Notes: generated by a model from the sequence alone, not told the origin. Shown: positions 9,488 to 20,070, counted from the stretch's first letter. The stretch: DNA of 64,000 nucleotides from Thermoanaerobacterium sp. RBIITD (GCF_900205865.1 NZ_LT906662.1:1623411-1687410), one strand, 5' to 3'. Made by a program: numbers and translations.

Positions 9488-10423
9488 ATGAAAGCCGTAA
9501 GAATTGAAGGATTGACTAAAAGATTTGGAGATCTAGTGGCACTTGACAACATAAACCTAGAGATCGAAGAAGGGGAGATATATGGATTTTTAGGGCCTAA
9601 CGGCGCAGGTAAAAGCACAGCTATAAATATTATCTGTGGGCTTTTAAAAATAGACAAAGGAAATGTATATGTACTTGAAAAAGAAATAAGGAAAGATCCC
9701 GATTTTACAAAGAGAAATATCGGTATAGTTCCACAGGACATAGCAATATATGGAGATTTATCCGCATATGAAAATGTGAGCTTTTTTGCAAGCTTATACG
9801 GTTTAAAAGGGAGAGAGCTAAGGGAAAATGTTGAGATGGCATTAAAATTTGTTGGACTCGACGACAAAGCAAAGTGGATTGCAAATAAATTTTCCGGTGG
9901 AATGAAAAGAAGGCTTAATATAGCATGTGCAATAGCTCATAGGCCAAAGATTATCATTATGGATGAGCCGACAGTAGGCATAGATCCGCAGTCTAGAAAC
10001 CATATTTTAGAATCTGTAAGAAGGCTTAACGAGATGGGAAGTACAATAATATACACAAGTCATTACATGGAAGAAGTCGAAGCTATATGTACAAAAATAT
10101 CGATAATAGATCATGGCAAGATAATTGCAGAAGGCACGAAGGAAGAACTTAAGTCCATTATTACAGATACAAATACAACGATGATTACGGTTGGTTCAGT
10201 GACAAATATTGACGAAAACAAGCTTAAAAATATAAGTGGTGTAAGAAGCATTGATATTGATGAAAATGTGGTGAAAATAATAAGTTCAAGAGATGTAAAC
10301 AACCTGGATAAAATGATTTTATATTTCACATCAAATCATATACCGATTAAAAATGTGGAAACTCAGACACCTGATTTAGAGACAGTATTCCTCACGCTGA
10401 CAGGTAGGAAATTAAGGGATTAG
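9488..10423 (+). CDS. ABC transporter ATP-binding protein
   Basis: Walker A (GPNGAGKST), the ABC signature (FSGGMKRRL) and Walker B (IIIMDEPT). An RBS (AAAGGAGAT) lies 9 nt upstream of the ATG at 9488. Confidence 0.85.
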   Translation: MKAVRIEGLTKRFGDLVALDNINLEIEEGEIYGFLGPNGAGKSTAINIICGLLKIDKGNVYVLEKEIRKDPDFTKRNIGIVPQDIAIYGDLSAYENVSFFASLYGLKGRELRENVEMALKFVGLDDKAKWIANKFSGGMKRRLNIACAIAHRPKIIIMDEPTVGIDPQSRNHILESVRRLNEMGSTIIYTSHYMEEVEAICTKISIIDHGKIIAEGTKEELKSIITDTNTTMITVGSVTNIDENKLKNISGVRSIDIDENVVKIISSRDVNNLDKMILYFTSNHIPIKNVETQTPDLETVFLTLTGRKLRD

Positions 10424-10425
10424 GG

Positions 10426-11553
10426 GTGATTATAATGAGAATACTTAAAATTATGTTTAAAGAGATGAAAGGAAATCTGAGGGATAAAAAAGCAATGGCA
10501 ATGATGGTACTGTTTCCAATAGTGCTTATAACAATATTAGGCTTTGCTTTTTCTAATATATTTAACAGCAATTACACTATAAGCGGTATCAATGTAATTT
10601 ATACAGATAATGGAAACAAAGAAATATCAACCGGATTCCAAAATTTTATAAAAAACAGCAAGGAAATTGAAATAAAATTTGATGAGATAAAAAATATAGA
10701 TCAAGGAATAAATGATATAAAAAATGCGAAATATACAGGTTATATTGTTTTAAAAGATAATAATATTACACTCTATAAAAATGATAGAAATTTTTTAGAT
10801 ACTAATATTGTTGAAAGCATTTTAAAAGCTTTTATAGACAGATTTAATGTAATTTCGGTTATTGCCAAAGAAAATCCGGCGATAATTCAAAAAATAGCCA
10901 CAGATGATAATTATAATTTTACCGACATAGTGTCACTAAATAGGAATAAGCAGCCATCATCAAATGACTATTATTCTGTAACAATGTTAACACTTATTAT
11001 ACTTTATGGTTCTATAAGCGGTGTTTATTCTATAGGTGAAGAGAGAACAAAAAAAACAGGTGATAGGGTACTAATGAGCCCCGTAAGAAAATATGAGATA
11101 TTAACAGGCAAACTTCTTGGAGTTTCATTTGCCGTACTTTTACAATCAATTCTGGTATTTATATTCAGCAAATACATCCTTGGAGCAAATTGGGGTACAG
11201 ATATATTTACAATCTTCTTAATAATAATAAGTGAAATAATTTTTTCAATAAGTATCGGGATTTGCTTAGGCTTTTTAATTAAAAATACCAATGCAGCGTC
11301 AGGAGTAATCAACGTGGTAATTCCTTTTATAGCATTTCTTGGCGGTGCATATTTTCCTATAAACGAAACAGGAAGCATTGTATTGATGAAGTTAGCTGAT
11401 ATATCTCCTATCAAGTGGACAAATACATCTATATTTCAGGTGATATTTGCTAATAATTACGGCGATGTATCAATTGCATTAATGATTAACATAATATGTG
11501 CAGCAGTTTTTATAGCGCTATCAGCCTATTTTTTTAGAAAGGAGGCATTTTAA
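10426..11553 (+). CDS. ABC-2 family transporter permease
   Basis: N-terminal TM helix, a large extracytoplasmic loop, then five or more TM helices. It is translationally coupled to the upstream ATPase. Confidence 0.7.
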   Translation: MIIMRILKIMFKEMKGNLRDKKAMAMMVLFPIVLITILGFAFSNIFNSNYTISGINVIYTDNGNKEISTGFQNFIKNSKEIEIKFDEIKNIDQGINDIKNAKYTGYIVLKDNNITLYKNDRNFLDTNIVESILKAFIDRFNVISVIAKENPAIIQKIATDDNYNFTDIVSLNRNKQPSSNDYYSVTMLTLIILYGSISGVYSIGEERTKKTGDRVLMSPVRKYEILTGKLLGVSFAVLLQSILVFIFSKYILGANWGTDIFTIFLIIISEIIFSISIGICLGFLIKNTNAASGVINVVIPFIAFLGGAYFPINETGSIVLMKLADISPIKWTNTSIFQVIFANNYGDVSIALMINIICAAVFIALSAYFFRKEAF

Positions 11554-11555
11554 TC

Positions 11556-12692
11556 ATGAGGAATATGCTATTGTTGATAAAGAATACTTTAAAATTGATA
11601 TTTAGAAAGAAAAGCAATATAATTTTTATTCTTTTGTCAATTACCATTCCACTTATATTCTTATCATTCAGCTTTGCAGATAATGCACAACTTAGAATTG
11701 GCATCGTAAATAAGGATAATGGTTCGTTATCTATGGATATGATAAAATCACTTCAGAATTCAGAAAAATACAAGATTATTACATTAACTAAGAGAAACCT
11801 AAATAATACCGTTGCAAAAGGTGATGTTGATTGTGCAATAGTTATACCAGAAGAATTTAGCAACAGTATAATCGCTGATAATGTACCTAAGCTACAAATT
11901 GTTTCTATAAAAGGTCAGGAAGCGACGTTATTGATACAGAATTATATAAATTTATATATGAAAAATATTAAAGACATATCGAAGGCTTCTAATGGCAATA
12001 AAGACATGTTTTATAAAATGTATGATAAATATAGAAAAAGTACTTTTACACTGAATGAATTTAGCATAAAAGATAAAAGCAGAAGTAATAATGCAACAAT
12101 GCGTAGCATCGGATTTTTTATAATGTTTTTGATGATGGGAACAAGTAGTATATCAGATCTTATGCTACAGGAAAAGAGAGATAAAACATTTTATAGAATA
12201 TGTGCTGCTCCACTAAAATCTCGTACGTATGTATTTAGCAATTTCATCGTAAACGCAGCAGTAACTTTGTTTCAGATAATATTGATTATGACTTTCTTGA
12301 TTATATTTTTGAAATTGCCTATAGATAAATCACTTATCGAAATGTTTGTGGTTTTATCCATATTTGGGCTGACATCTATAGGGCTCAGTATGCTTATTAC
12401 TGCCTTTTCTGATTCGACAATGCAATCTAGCAATTTGTCGACATTAATAATTACGCCTACATGTATGCTTGGAGGTGTGTTTTGGCCTATTGACTTCATG
12501 CCTAAAGCACTTCAGAAAATATCAAATTTTGTTCCACAAAAATGGGCGGTCGATGCAATAATGAAAATTGAAGAAAGCTCAAATCCAAATTTATTGATAA
12601 ACATTGGAATATTAATAGCTTTTACATTGGCATTTCTTCTAATCGCAACATATAAAATAAAAATATCAGAAAAGGTAGCTGATTTTGTATAG
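11556..12692 (+). CDS. ABC-2 family transporter permease (second subunit)
   Basis: Same architecture as the preceding permease; its start is 3 nt after the previous stop. Confidence 0.7.
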   Translation: MRNMLLLIKNTLKLIFRKKSNIIFILLSITIPLIFLSFSFADNAQLRIGIVNKDNGSLSMDMIKSLQNSEKYKIITLTKRNLNNTVAKGDVDCAIVIPEEFSNSIIADNVPKLQIVSIKGQEATLLIQNYINLYMKNIKDISKASNGNKDMFYKMYDKYRKSTFTLNEFSIKDKSRSNNATMRSIGFFIMFLMMGTSSISDLMLQEKRDKTFYRICAAPLKSRTYVFSNFIVNAAVTLFQIILIMTFLIIFLKLPIDKSLIEMFVVLSIFGLTSIGLSMLITAFSDSTMQSSNLSTLIITPTCMLGGVFWPIDFMPKALQKISNFVPQKWAVDAIMKIEESSNPNLLINIGILIAFTLAFLLIATYKIKISEKVADFV

Positions 12693-12759
12693 CTGGTTAT
12701 ACAAGAAATAGGGGCTTATAATCTAAGCCCTTATTTTTATATTTATTTAATGTAATATA

Positions 12760-13929
12760 ATGACAATACAATTATTTCATGCTAAAATACTATTAGTTTA
12801 TAAATGGGAGACATTTCATATGGACATTTGGTTTATACTCTGTAAATTTATTATAATCATTTATATATTGATTAAGTACTTTATTAACGAAATGGCGGTT
12901 TACCCAGAGAGTTTTGTCTTTTTCATTCTCATTTACATATGCATAAATATGGCATACTACATCATAGACAATAAATTAATCAAAAAGGCGATATTAATTT
13001 TATCCATAGCCTTGTCGGCTATTTGCTATTTATATATCAACAAATTATTTGTATTACTCTTACCTATTAATATATATGAACTAAGTTTTAATTTGTTTTC
13101 TACAAATTTAAGCTTTATTATATCAATATTTATTTTATTTTTACTTGATAGTTCAACAGTATCGGAATATACTATAATTGCATTAATGTCATATCTAATA
13201 TGTTTTATTGCCCAAAGGTTATATGAAAAGATAGAAAAATTAAAAAGTCAGAATGATGATTTGCGTGAAAAAATACAGATGTTATACAATAAAATCAATA
13301 AAAGCGAAGAATACGAAAAACAGGTTAGATACACGGCTCAATTAGAAGAGCGAAACAAGATATCACAAAAAATTCACGACAATGTCGGCCATACAATATC
13401 GGGCAGTTTGATGCAGCTGGAAGCATCAAAATTATTGATTGATAAAAATAAGGATGATGCAAAAAAGCTAATTCAAAATGCTATAGACACATTGAGAAAT
13501 GGACTTGAGAGCATACGCCTGGCATTAAGAGAAATAAAGCCACCGGTAGAACAAATGGGCATTAATAGGTTAAGACTTATTATAAATGATTTTACTGTAA
13601 AAACTCACATCCCTGTGAATTTGGAATACACTGGTATTCTTGATAAAATTACATATTCACAATGGAATGTTATTGTAGAAAATGTAAAAGAAGCATTGAC
13701 AAATATCATGAAATATTCAAAAGCGACTAAAGTTGTTGTTAGTATTGATGTTCTTAATAAATTTATAAAGACAGAGGTAAAGGACAATGGTGTTGGTGCA
13801 TATATTATAAAGAAGGGTCTTGGATTAAGTGGCATCGAGGAAAGGTGCGGAAGCATTGGAGGAAAAGTCATAATAGATGGATCAAATGGATTTTCAGTAA
13901 TTTTTTTGTTGCCGCTGGAGGGGGATTAA
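12760..13929 (+). CDS. sensor histidine kinase, HisKA_3 family (intramembrane-sensing)
   Basis: Multi-TM N-terminus, an H-box (ERNKISQKIHDNVGHTISG) and a HATPase_c domain (KDNGVGA...GLGLSGIEER). The true start may be an internal Met. Confidence 0.75.
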   Translation: MTIQLFHAKILLVYKWETFHMDIWFILCKFIIIIYILIKYFINEMAVYPESFVFFILIYICINMAYYIIDNKLIKKAILILSIALSAICYLYINKLFVLLLPINIYELSFNLFSTNLSFIISIFILFLLDSSTVSEYTIIALMSYLICFIAQRLYEKIEKLKSQNDDLREKIQMLYNKINKSEEYEKQVRYTAQLEERNKISQKIHDNVGHTISGSLMQLEASKLLIDKNKDDAKKLIQNAIDTLRNGLESIRLALREIKPPVEQMGINRLRLIINDFTVKTHIPVNLEYTGILDKITYSQWNVIVENVKEALTNIMKYSKATKVVVSIDVLNKFIKTEVKDNGVGAYIIKKGLGLSGIEERCGSIGGKVIIDGSNGFSVIFLLPLEGD

Positions 13930-14559
13930 ATGTCTATTAAAGTACTTATAGCTGATGATGATTCATTGATAAGAGAAAGTCTTAAGATAATACTGGGAAT
14001 GGATGAAGAATTTGAAGTGGTATCATGTGTTGATGATGGACTTAAGGCAGTTAATTATTGTCTAAAATATAATATAGATGTTGCATTAGTAGATGTAAGA
14101 ATGCCTGTAATGAACGGAGTACAGGCGGCTAAAGAAATATGCCGAAAGACAGCTACAAAAGTTTTAATCCTTACTACATTTGATGATGATGAATATATTA
14201 TAGATGTGATAAAAAGCGGCGCAAAGGGGTATCTTCTTAAAAATAATTCGCCGGAAAAGATAAAGAATGCTATAAAGATGGTCTATGAAGGTAATTCCGT
14301 TGTGCAAGATGTAGTTCTTGACAAGATAAAGGAAGGCCTCGGTAAAGACAAAAGCGTTAAAATTGATACATCCTTATTTACAAGAAGGGAAATAGAAATC
14401 ATGGATCTTATATCAAAAGGCCTTTCAAATAAGGAAATAGCTGATAAGCTTTATATTTCAGAAGGAACGGTAAAGAACTATATTACATCTATACTTGATA
14501 AAACGGGATTACAACACAGGACGCAGATTGCTATCTATTATCTGAATGGAGGCGAATAA
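13930..14559 (+). CDS. response regulator, NarL/LuxR family
   Basis: REC domain (LIADDDSLIRESL...DVALVDVRMP) plus a LuxR HTH (LSNKEIADKLYISEGTVKNYITSIL). Its start overlaps the kinase stop. Confidence 0.85.
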   Translation: MSIKVLIADDDSLIRESLKIILGMDEEFEVVSCVDDGLKAVNYCLKYNIDVALVDVRMPVMNGVQAAKEICRKTATKVLILTTFDDDEYIIDVIKSGAKGYLLKNNSPEKIKNAIKMVYEGNSVVQDVVLDKIKEGLGKDKSVKIDTSLFTRREIEIMDLISKGLSNKEIADKLYISEGTVKNYITSILDKTGLQHRTQIAIYYLNGGE

Positions 14560-14651
14560 ATAGTTTATTTGACATTTATTGATGTTATGAATTGTGGTAT
14601 ACTACATAATGCATTTGATATGAAATAAATATATAGAGGAAAGGTGATATA

Positions 14652-15323
14652 ATGAATAGTTCATACATACCAGAAATTGTTTCGCCGCTAAGGCAGAAGA
14701 TGATTCGTGTTCCTGAGGTCATACAAAATGCATCAGGAATTAAAGTGTACGGGAAACTTATAAAATCACTAGTTTTTACTACTGATATAGCTATAATAAG
14801 AAATATCAATGCAAATGCAGTATTGGCTGTATACCCCTTTACGCCACAGCCTGTAATAACACATGCGCTTATGGTAGCGTCAGACATACCTGTATTTTGT
14901 GGTGTTGGTGGAGGACTAACACAAGGGAAGAGGGTTGTTAACCTTGCACTTGATGCAGAATTCGAAGGAGCTATAGGTGTTGTCGTTAACGCGCCTACTG
15001 CAAGCGAGATCATAAAGAGGATGAGGCTAACAATAGATATACCGATAGTTGTAACTATAGTTTCCGAAAAAGAAAATATAAAAGAAAGGGTCGATGCCGG
15101 CGCTACAATTTTAAACATATCTGGAGCTAAGAGGACTCCCCAAATTGTTAGACATGTTAGAGAATTATGCCCGAATATACCAATTATCGCGACTGGTGGC
15201 CCTACAGATGAAAGCATAATGGAAACAATAGAAGCTGGCGCAAATGCAATATCATATACACCACCATCAAATGCAGAAATTTTTTCTGCGATTATGGATA
15301 AATACAGAAGCGAGAGAGACTGA
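14652..15323 (+). CDS. hypothetical (beta/alpha)8-barrel-like protein
   Basis: Has an RBS (GGAAAGGTGA), the Gly-rich loops GVGGG and ATGGP, and a strong bidirectional terminator downstream. It is preferred over the overlapping low-complexity ORF 14585..15217 on the minus strand. Confidence 0.4.
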   Translation: MNSSYIPEIVSPLRQKMIRVPEVIQNASGIKVYGKLIKSLVFTTDIAIIRNINANAVLAVYPFTPQPVITHALMVASDIPVFCGVGGGLTQGKRVVNLALDAEFEGAIGVVVNAPTASEIIKRMRLTIDIPIVVTIVSEKENIKERVDAGATILNISGAKRTPQIVRHVRELCPNIPIIATGGPTDESIMETIEAGANAISYTPPSNAEIFSAIMDKYRSERD

Positions 15324-15339
15324 AACAGGGAATGGAAAA

Positions 15340-15380
15340 AGCAAGGACGGTTTTGAACCGTCCTCTGTTTAATTTTTATT
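15340..15380. terminator. bidirectional rho-independent terminator between convergent genes
   Basis: AGGACGGTTTTGAACCGTCCT hairpin flanked by an A-run on the 5' side and a T-run on the 3' side. Confidence 0.6.
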
Positions 15381-16749
15381 CATATCTTAGTGCTTCTATC
15401 GGGTCAAGTTTTGCTGCACGGGCCGCAGGATAAAGTCCTGCTGTGACAGTTACAAGTATTGAGAAGGCAAGAGAGCCTAAAACAAGCCACAATGGTATAG
15501 AGAATATTTCGGTAGGGGTTCCACCCTTGCTCTTTATAAAGATGTTAAATACAAATCCAAGGATTTTTGTGCCAAACCATCCGAATAAAATCCCCATTAT
15601 ACCTCCGATAAATCCTAGTGAACCGGATTCCACGAGGAAGAGGTTCTTGATATTACTCTTTGACGCACCGACTGCTTTCATTATACCAATAGACCTTGTC
15701 CTTTCATATATTGACATTATCATTGTGTTTATGACGCCTATTGCGGCAACGAAAAGCACTATGATGCCGCCGATTGCAAGTATCCCTTGGAATATGGCAA
15801 ACATGTTCTTTATCTGGTCTAATACTGACTGGTATGTTTGAATGCCATATCCCATTTTCTTTATTTTATCTGCTATGGTTTTTACATCCTGAAAAGACTT
15901 TGCATTTACAATAAGCTGATCCGGACCGTTGTTATCAAAGTAATTCGGATCGCCTTTATAATATCCCTGAATTTTTGCTGCCATATCTATAGACATTATT
16001 ATACTGCCTGCACCGCTGAATTTGTCGCTTATGACACCAGCAATTTTTGCTTTTATAATTAAAGGCTGTACAGGAGCAGTTCCAGGTGATTGTGGTAATG
16101 ATGCAGCCATTGAAATATCTTTACCAATAACGCTATTATAATCGGTAATTCCCATTTTTTTGAGGTAGTTCTGTCCTATAAGGACAGTATCTTTATCATC
16201 CGCATTTAAATCTCTTCCTGCAATAATTGGTTTTATGTTTTTATTCTTTTCTTTAAGTTTAACTGCTTCTATTTCAGAAGGTGAAAATACACCGTATTTT
16301 AAATCATATCCTTCAACTGTTGTAGAGCTTCCGCTTTTATCACCTATCTGTGTCTTTGTAATTTGTGCATATAACAAAGATTTGATATCAGATACATTTT
16401 CTATTTTTTTTATTTTATCAAGGTTTGCTTGTGTCAGTTTTTTAAAGTTTTTCTTGCGGTTTTCTTCCCATTTTTTCTGGTCCTCTGTTGTCATATTTAT
16501 CTCAATAGTTCCTATATCTTTATATGGAGATACCATTATCTGCGTAATGGATGCATGCTCTTTAAGCGAATTAATAACTAAGTTTTGTGTACCGACGCCG
16601 AGACTCACCATTATGATAATAAGCATTGTACCGATTGCAACTGCAAATGATGTAAGGAAAGTTCTTAGCTTTCGCCTTGATAAATTTCTGAAAGAGGTTT
16701 TTATATAATCTTTAAAGTGCATTAACTTCAACCCCCTCGATTTGTCCAT
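15376..16749 (-). CDS. ABC transporter permease, FtsX/MacB-type with large extracytoplasmic domain
   Basis: One TM helix, an extracytoplasmic domain of about 250 aa, and a C-terminal three-TM FtsX core. It pairs with a MacB-type ATPase. Confidence 0.8.
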   Translation of the reverse strand: MDKSRGLKLMHFKDYIKTSFRNLSRRKLRTFLTSFAVAIGTMLIIIMVSLGVGTQNLVINSLKEHASITQIMVSPYKDIGTIEINMTTEDQKKWEENRKKNFKKLTQANLDKIKKIENVSDIKSLLYAQITKTQIGDKSGSSTTVEGYDLKYGVFSPSEIEAVKLKEKNKNIKPIIAGRDLNADDKDTVLIGQNYLKKMGITDYNSVIGKDISMAASLPQSPGTAPVQPLIIKAKIAGVISDKFSGAGSIIMSIDMAAKIQGYYKGDPNYFDNNGPDQLIVNAKSFQDVKTIADKIKKMGYGIQTYQSVLDQIKNMFAIFQGILAIGGIIVLFVAAIGVINTMIMSIYERTRSIGIMKAVGASKSNIKNLFLVESGSLGFIGGIMGILFGWFGTKILGFVFNIFIKSKGGTPTEIFSIPLWLVLGSLAFSILVTVTAGLYPAARAAKLDPIEALRYE

Positions 16750-17392
16750 CTTTTATTTTTATAATTCTATCTGCTTTTTTTGCATCATCTGTATTGTGTG
16801 TTACCATTATGATTGTATATCCTTTTTCTTTTAAATCTTTCAATAAATTAATGATACTTAAACCTGTTTTTGAATCAAGGTTACCTGTCGGCTCATCTGC
16901 CAGAAGTATCGACGGATTGTTGACAATAGCCCTTGCTATGCTTACTCTTTGCCTTTCTCCACCGGACAGCTCAGTAGGTCTGTGTTTTGCCCTTTTCTCG
17001 AGTCCGACAAGTGTAAGTGCATGAAGTGCCATCTCTTTTCTTTTTTTCTCTCCTATTCCGGCAAACATTAAGGGCATCATGACATTTTCGAGTGAGGTGA
17101 TTGAGGGTTCAAGGTTAAATGACTGAAATACAAAACCTATGTTTTGATTTCTGTATTTTGAAAGCTCTTTATCTTTTAATTTACTTATATCATGTCCATC
17201 TACTACGATGCTGCCACCTGAGGGCTTGTCAAGGCCGCCAATTAAATGCATTAATGTGGATTTCCCTGAGCCTGATGGGCCGACAACTGCCACAAATTCT
17301 CCGTCCCTTATTTTAAGGTCAATTCCGTTTAATGCAGCGACTTGTTCTTTTCCCATCTGGTAGAATTTAAAAACTTTGTTTACTTCTATCAT
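16712..17392 (-). CDS. ABC transporter ATP-binding protein (MacB/LolD-like)
   Basis: GPSGSGKST, LSGGERQRVSIARA and LLADEPTGNLD motifs. Confidence 0.85.
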   Translation of the reverse strand: MIEVNKVFKFYQMGKEQVAALNGIDLKIRDGEFVAVVGPSGSGKSTLMHLIGGLDKPSGGSIVVDGHDISKLKDKELSKYRNQNIGFVFQSFNLEPSITSLENVMMPLMFAGIGEKKRKEMALHALTLVGLEKRAKHRPTELSGGERQRVSIARAIVNNPSILLADEPTGNLDSKTGLSIINLLKDLKEKGYTIIMVTHNTDDAKKADRIIKIKDGQIEGVEVNAL

Positions 17393-17407
17393 ACTTTGGC
17401 CTCCTTT

Positions 17408-18166
17408 TTATAAATCTATCTTTTTATCAATAAGATATGATGTTAAAATGAACAGCCCTATATATAAAAGTGTTTGGAAAATAGTGCTTGCTATGTTTAT
17501 AGGCAATACTGCAAAAGATAAAGCAACGACGCCGCTTCTTTGCGCAATTTCTGAAAATGGACTTATATTAAAATTATATGGGAATAAAGTTACGAGATAG
17601 CCGGAGGTTCTACTGATTATATAGGAAATAAGCAAAAATACGACTAATGACAAAATTTTTCCATATTTTTTGTTGTAAAAAGCTATTTTGCTGATTGTAA
17701 GGGAAAAATATGACAACACTAATACTGCGATAAAAGTCAATAAAGCAAATATAAATGTGTACAGTACAGAAATTTTATACTGGAGTATTGTATCTATAAG
17801 TGCTTTAGCTTCATGCATATATAATAGATTTATAAATGCCATTACTCCAGATAAGGTTATAAATAATGTAAATTCAATGATTGATATAATTAACTTTGAA
17901 CCAGCTATAGCATAGCCTCTCTGCGGCAGTGTGAACAAAAGGTAGCCTGTATCACCGTACATATCCCTCTGATACAACATCACTCCAGATATTAGTACGG
18001 CTACAAAGCAGGCAAATCCAGCCATAAAAGATACAACGAATGGTAAGCCATCTGACCATGTATTATTTTTTGTTATAAGGTATATATTCAATAAAATTAG
18101 TGCAATTGAAAATCCAAGATAGTATTTATACCTTCCCGCAAGCTCATACTTTATTAGTTTAAGCAT
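17408..18166 (-). CDS. ABC-2-like integral membrane protein (permease of the ytrA-type operon)
   Basis: Six predicted TM helices. It lies between the ATPase gene and the previous convergent gene. Confidence 0.55.
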   Translation of the reverse strand: MLKLIKYELAGRYKYYLGFSIALILLNIYLITKNNTWSDGLPFVVSFMAGFACFVAVLISGVMLYQRDMYGDTGYLLFTLPQRGYAIAGSKLIISIIEFTLFITLSGVMAFINLLYMHEAKALIDTILQYKISVLYTFIFALLTFIAVLVLSYFSLTISKIAFYNKKYGKILSLVVFLLISYIISRTSGYLVTLFPYNFNISPFSEIAQRSGVVALSFAVLPINIASTIFQTLLYIGLFILTSYLIDKKIDL

Positions 18167-18861
18167 TATGAATACACCTCCCTGAAGATTTCATCAATAG
18201 ATTTATTTCTTTCTGTCCTTAATTCTTCGGCATTTCCATTTAAAATAATTTCACCATCTGAGATAAATGCGACATCGTCGAAAAGCCTTTCAATATCTCT
18301 TACAAGGTGTGTTGATATTATCATTGAGCAATCTTCACGAATATTATCTATAATTGCATCAATAATTTTTTCTCTAGCATTCGGATCAATTCCACCAAGT
18401 GGTTCATCGAAAACATATAATTTTGCATTTCTTGATAGCACTAATGCAAGGTGCAATTTCTCTTTCATACCCTTTGAAAGTGAAGTTACTTTATCATTTT
18501 CATCAAGTTTCATAAAATCCAGCAATCTTTTTGACTTTTCAAGGTCAAAATCAACATAAAAATCTTTGAAGAAATTTATTGCATCTCTAACCCTCATCCA
18601 TTTATAAAGGTAGTTTACATCAGGCAGGTACGATACAATTGATTTTGTATAAATGCCCGGCTTCTGACCATCAATTAGTATTTCACCAGATGTTGGTCTT
18701 AATATACCTGCTGCAATCTTCATAAATGTAGTTTTGCTGCTGCCGTTAGGACCCAAAAGCCCGAGTATTTTCCCTTTTTCCAGTTCAAGGTTTATTCCTT
18801 TTAATGCCTTTTTACTGTAATAATTTTTAGTAAGGTTTGTCGTTTTTAAAATTAGTTCCAT
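18166..18861 (-). CDS. ABC transporter ATP-binding protein
   Basis: GPNGSSKTT, LSKGMKEKLHLALVL and LYVFDEPLGGID motifs. Confidence 0.85.
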   Translation of the reverse strand: MELILKTTNLTKNYYSKKALKGINLELEKGKILGLLGPNGSSKTTFMKIAAGILRPTSGEILIDGQKPGIYTKSIVSYLPDVNYLYKWMRVRDAINFFKDFYVDFDLEKSKRLLDFMKLDENDKVTSLSKGMKEKLHLALVLSRNAKLYVFDEPLGGIDPNAREKIIDAIIDNIREDCSMIISTHLVRDIERLFDDVAFISDGEIILNGNAEELRTERNKSIDEIFREVYS

Positions 18862-19232
18862 CAGTTGACCTCCTTTTTAAGATATTCTTTGATAATTTCG
18901 AGTATTTCATTTGAATTGAAACCTAAGCTTCTCATACCTGTTACAAATGACTCAATTATCTCTTTTGCCATTTCTTTTTTTAATGATGCAAGTTTTTCGG
19001 TATTCTCAGTTATAAATGTTCCCATGCCTCTCTGTGTATATGTGACATTTTCCCTTTCAAGTTCCTGATAAGCTCTTTGAACAGTATTTGGATTTACCTT
19101 AAGGCTTTCGGCCATTTCCCTTACAGAAGGCAATTTATCTCCTCCTTTTAGTTTTTTTGTAACTATATCCCGCTTTATTATATCCATGATCTGGATGTAA
19201 ATGGGTGTTCTCTCGTCAAACTCAATTTTCAT
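18861..19232 (-). CDS. GntR-family transcriptional regulator, YtrA subfamily (wHTH only)
   Basis: Protein of about 123 aa (MKIEFDERTPIYIQIMDIIK...LPSVREMAESLKVNPNTVQRAYQELE). It is the first gene of the GntR/ABC ATPase/permease operon. Confidence 0.8.
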   Translation of the reverse strand: MKIEFDERTPIYIQIMDIIKRDIVTKKLKGGDKLPSVREMAESLKVNPNTVQRAYQELERENVTYTQRGMGTFITENTEKLASLKKEMAKEIIESFVTGMRSLGFNSNEILEIIKEYLKKEVN

Positions 19233-19249
19233 GTTCCACCTCCATACCA

Positions 19250-19289
19250 CTATCATAGTGTACTAATTAAATAGTACACTATGATAGTA
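19250..19289. promoter_or_regulatory. perfect 17-bp inverted repeat (ACTATCATAGTGTACTA-N6-TAGTACACTATGATAGT), putative YtrA-like operator
   Basis: The palindrome is read directly in the sequence immediately upstream of the GntR gene start. Confidence 0.5.
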
Positions 19290-19494
19290 TAAATGTCAAT
19301 AGGATTTTTAAAAAATTTGTTGTAAACTATAAATAGAGGTTGATATGTCAGAAATAATATTCTATGGTGTGATTTTATGATTAAGATTAAAAGAATATAT
19401 GAGTCTAAGGAAAAAAATGACGGTTTAGAATTCAGCATTTACTTATTTTATAAATTTTTGAGCCATGAACACAACGAAAGGAATGGATGTTAAT

Positions 19495-19848
19495 ATGAAA
19501 GGCAACATTACTGATGATTCAATAATTGATAAAATTGCTCTTTTTGGTAAAGCACTAAGTGATCCAAAAAGAATTGAAATGCTTAAGATGTTTGCGGAAA
19601 ACAAAAGGTGCTTTGAAAAATCAGACGGCACAAAGGTTGAAAATAAAGAAGAAACACCAGATGGCATTTGTGTATGCCATTTTGTAAATGAATTTGATAT
19701 GGCACAATCAAAAGTGTCATACCATATAAAAATATTAAAAGACGCAGGAATAATAAAAGAAACTGTTGTCGGCAAATGGAGGTACTATGACATTGATTTT
19801 GAAAAATTTAATGAAATATTGGATTTAATCAAAAATGTCTTTACATAA
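19495..19848 (+). CDS. ArsR/SmtB-family metalloregulatory transcriptional repressor
   Basis: wHTH region (SKVSYHIKILKDAGII) with Cys residues upstream (CVCHF) typical of ArsR-type sensing sites. Confidence 0.65.
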   Translation: MKGNITDDSIIDKIALFGKALSDPKRIEMLKMFAENKRCFEKSDGTKVENKEETPDGICVCHFVNEFDMAQSKVSYHIKILKDAGIIKETVVGKWRYYDIDFEKFNEILDLIKNVFT

Positions 19849-20041
19849 TATGATTTTATCAATTAATGTTTACAAAGTACAATAAAGTGTTCTAGAATTA
19901 TTGGTAGTTATTGGATTCACCTCCTTTCAGTGGAGGTTAATAATATTATATCATTTTTATCTATAAAAGTATGTTATTATTTCCCATATCTTCGTATATA
20001 AATTATTTAACCTTATATATCAAATATTTTTGATATAATTA

Positions 20042-20070
20042 TTGACTTTTTATTTTTGAAGTTTTATAAT
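20042..20070 (+). promoter_or_regulatory. sigma-A type promoter TTGACT-17-TATAAT flanked by ATCAAA-N4-TTTGAT inverted repeats
   Basis: The consensus -35 and -10 elements are read directly. The inverted repeats lie at 20017-20036 and 20082-20097. Confidence 0.5.

Noticed and set aside
9253-9867. 204-aa minus-strand ORF
   Set aside because: Its product is low-complexity, and it overlaps both the noncoding hairpin region and the well-supported ABC ATPase gene on the plus strand. It has no RBS and is an antisense shadow ORF.
14585-15217. 210-aa minus-strand ORF overlapping 14652..15323
   Set aside because: It is Ala/Ile/Ser-rich with no domain. The plus-strand ORF has an RBS and a terminator and gives a plausible globular protein.
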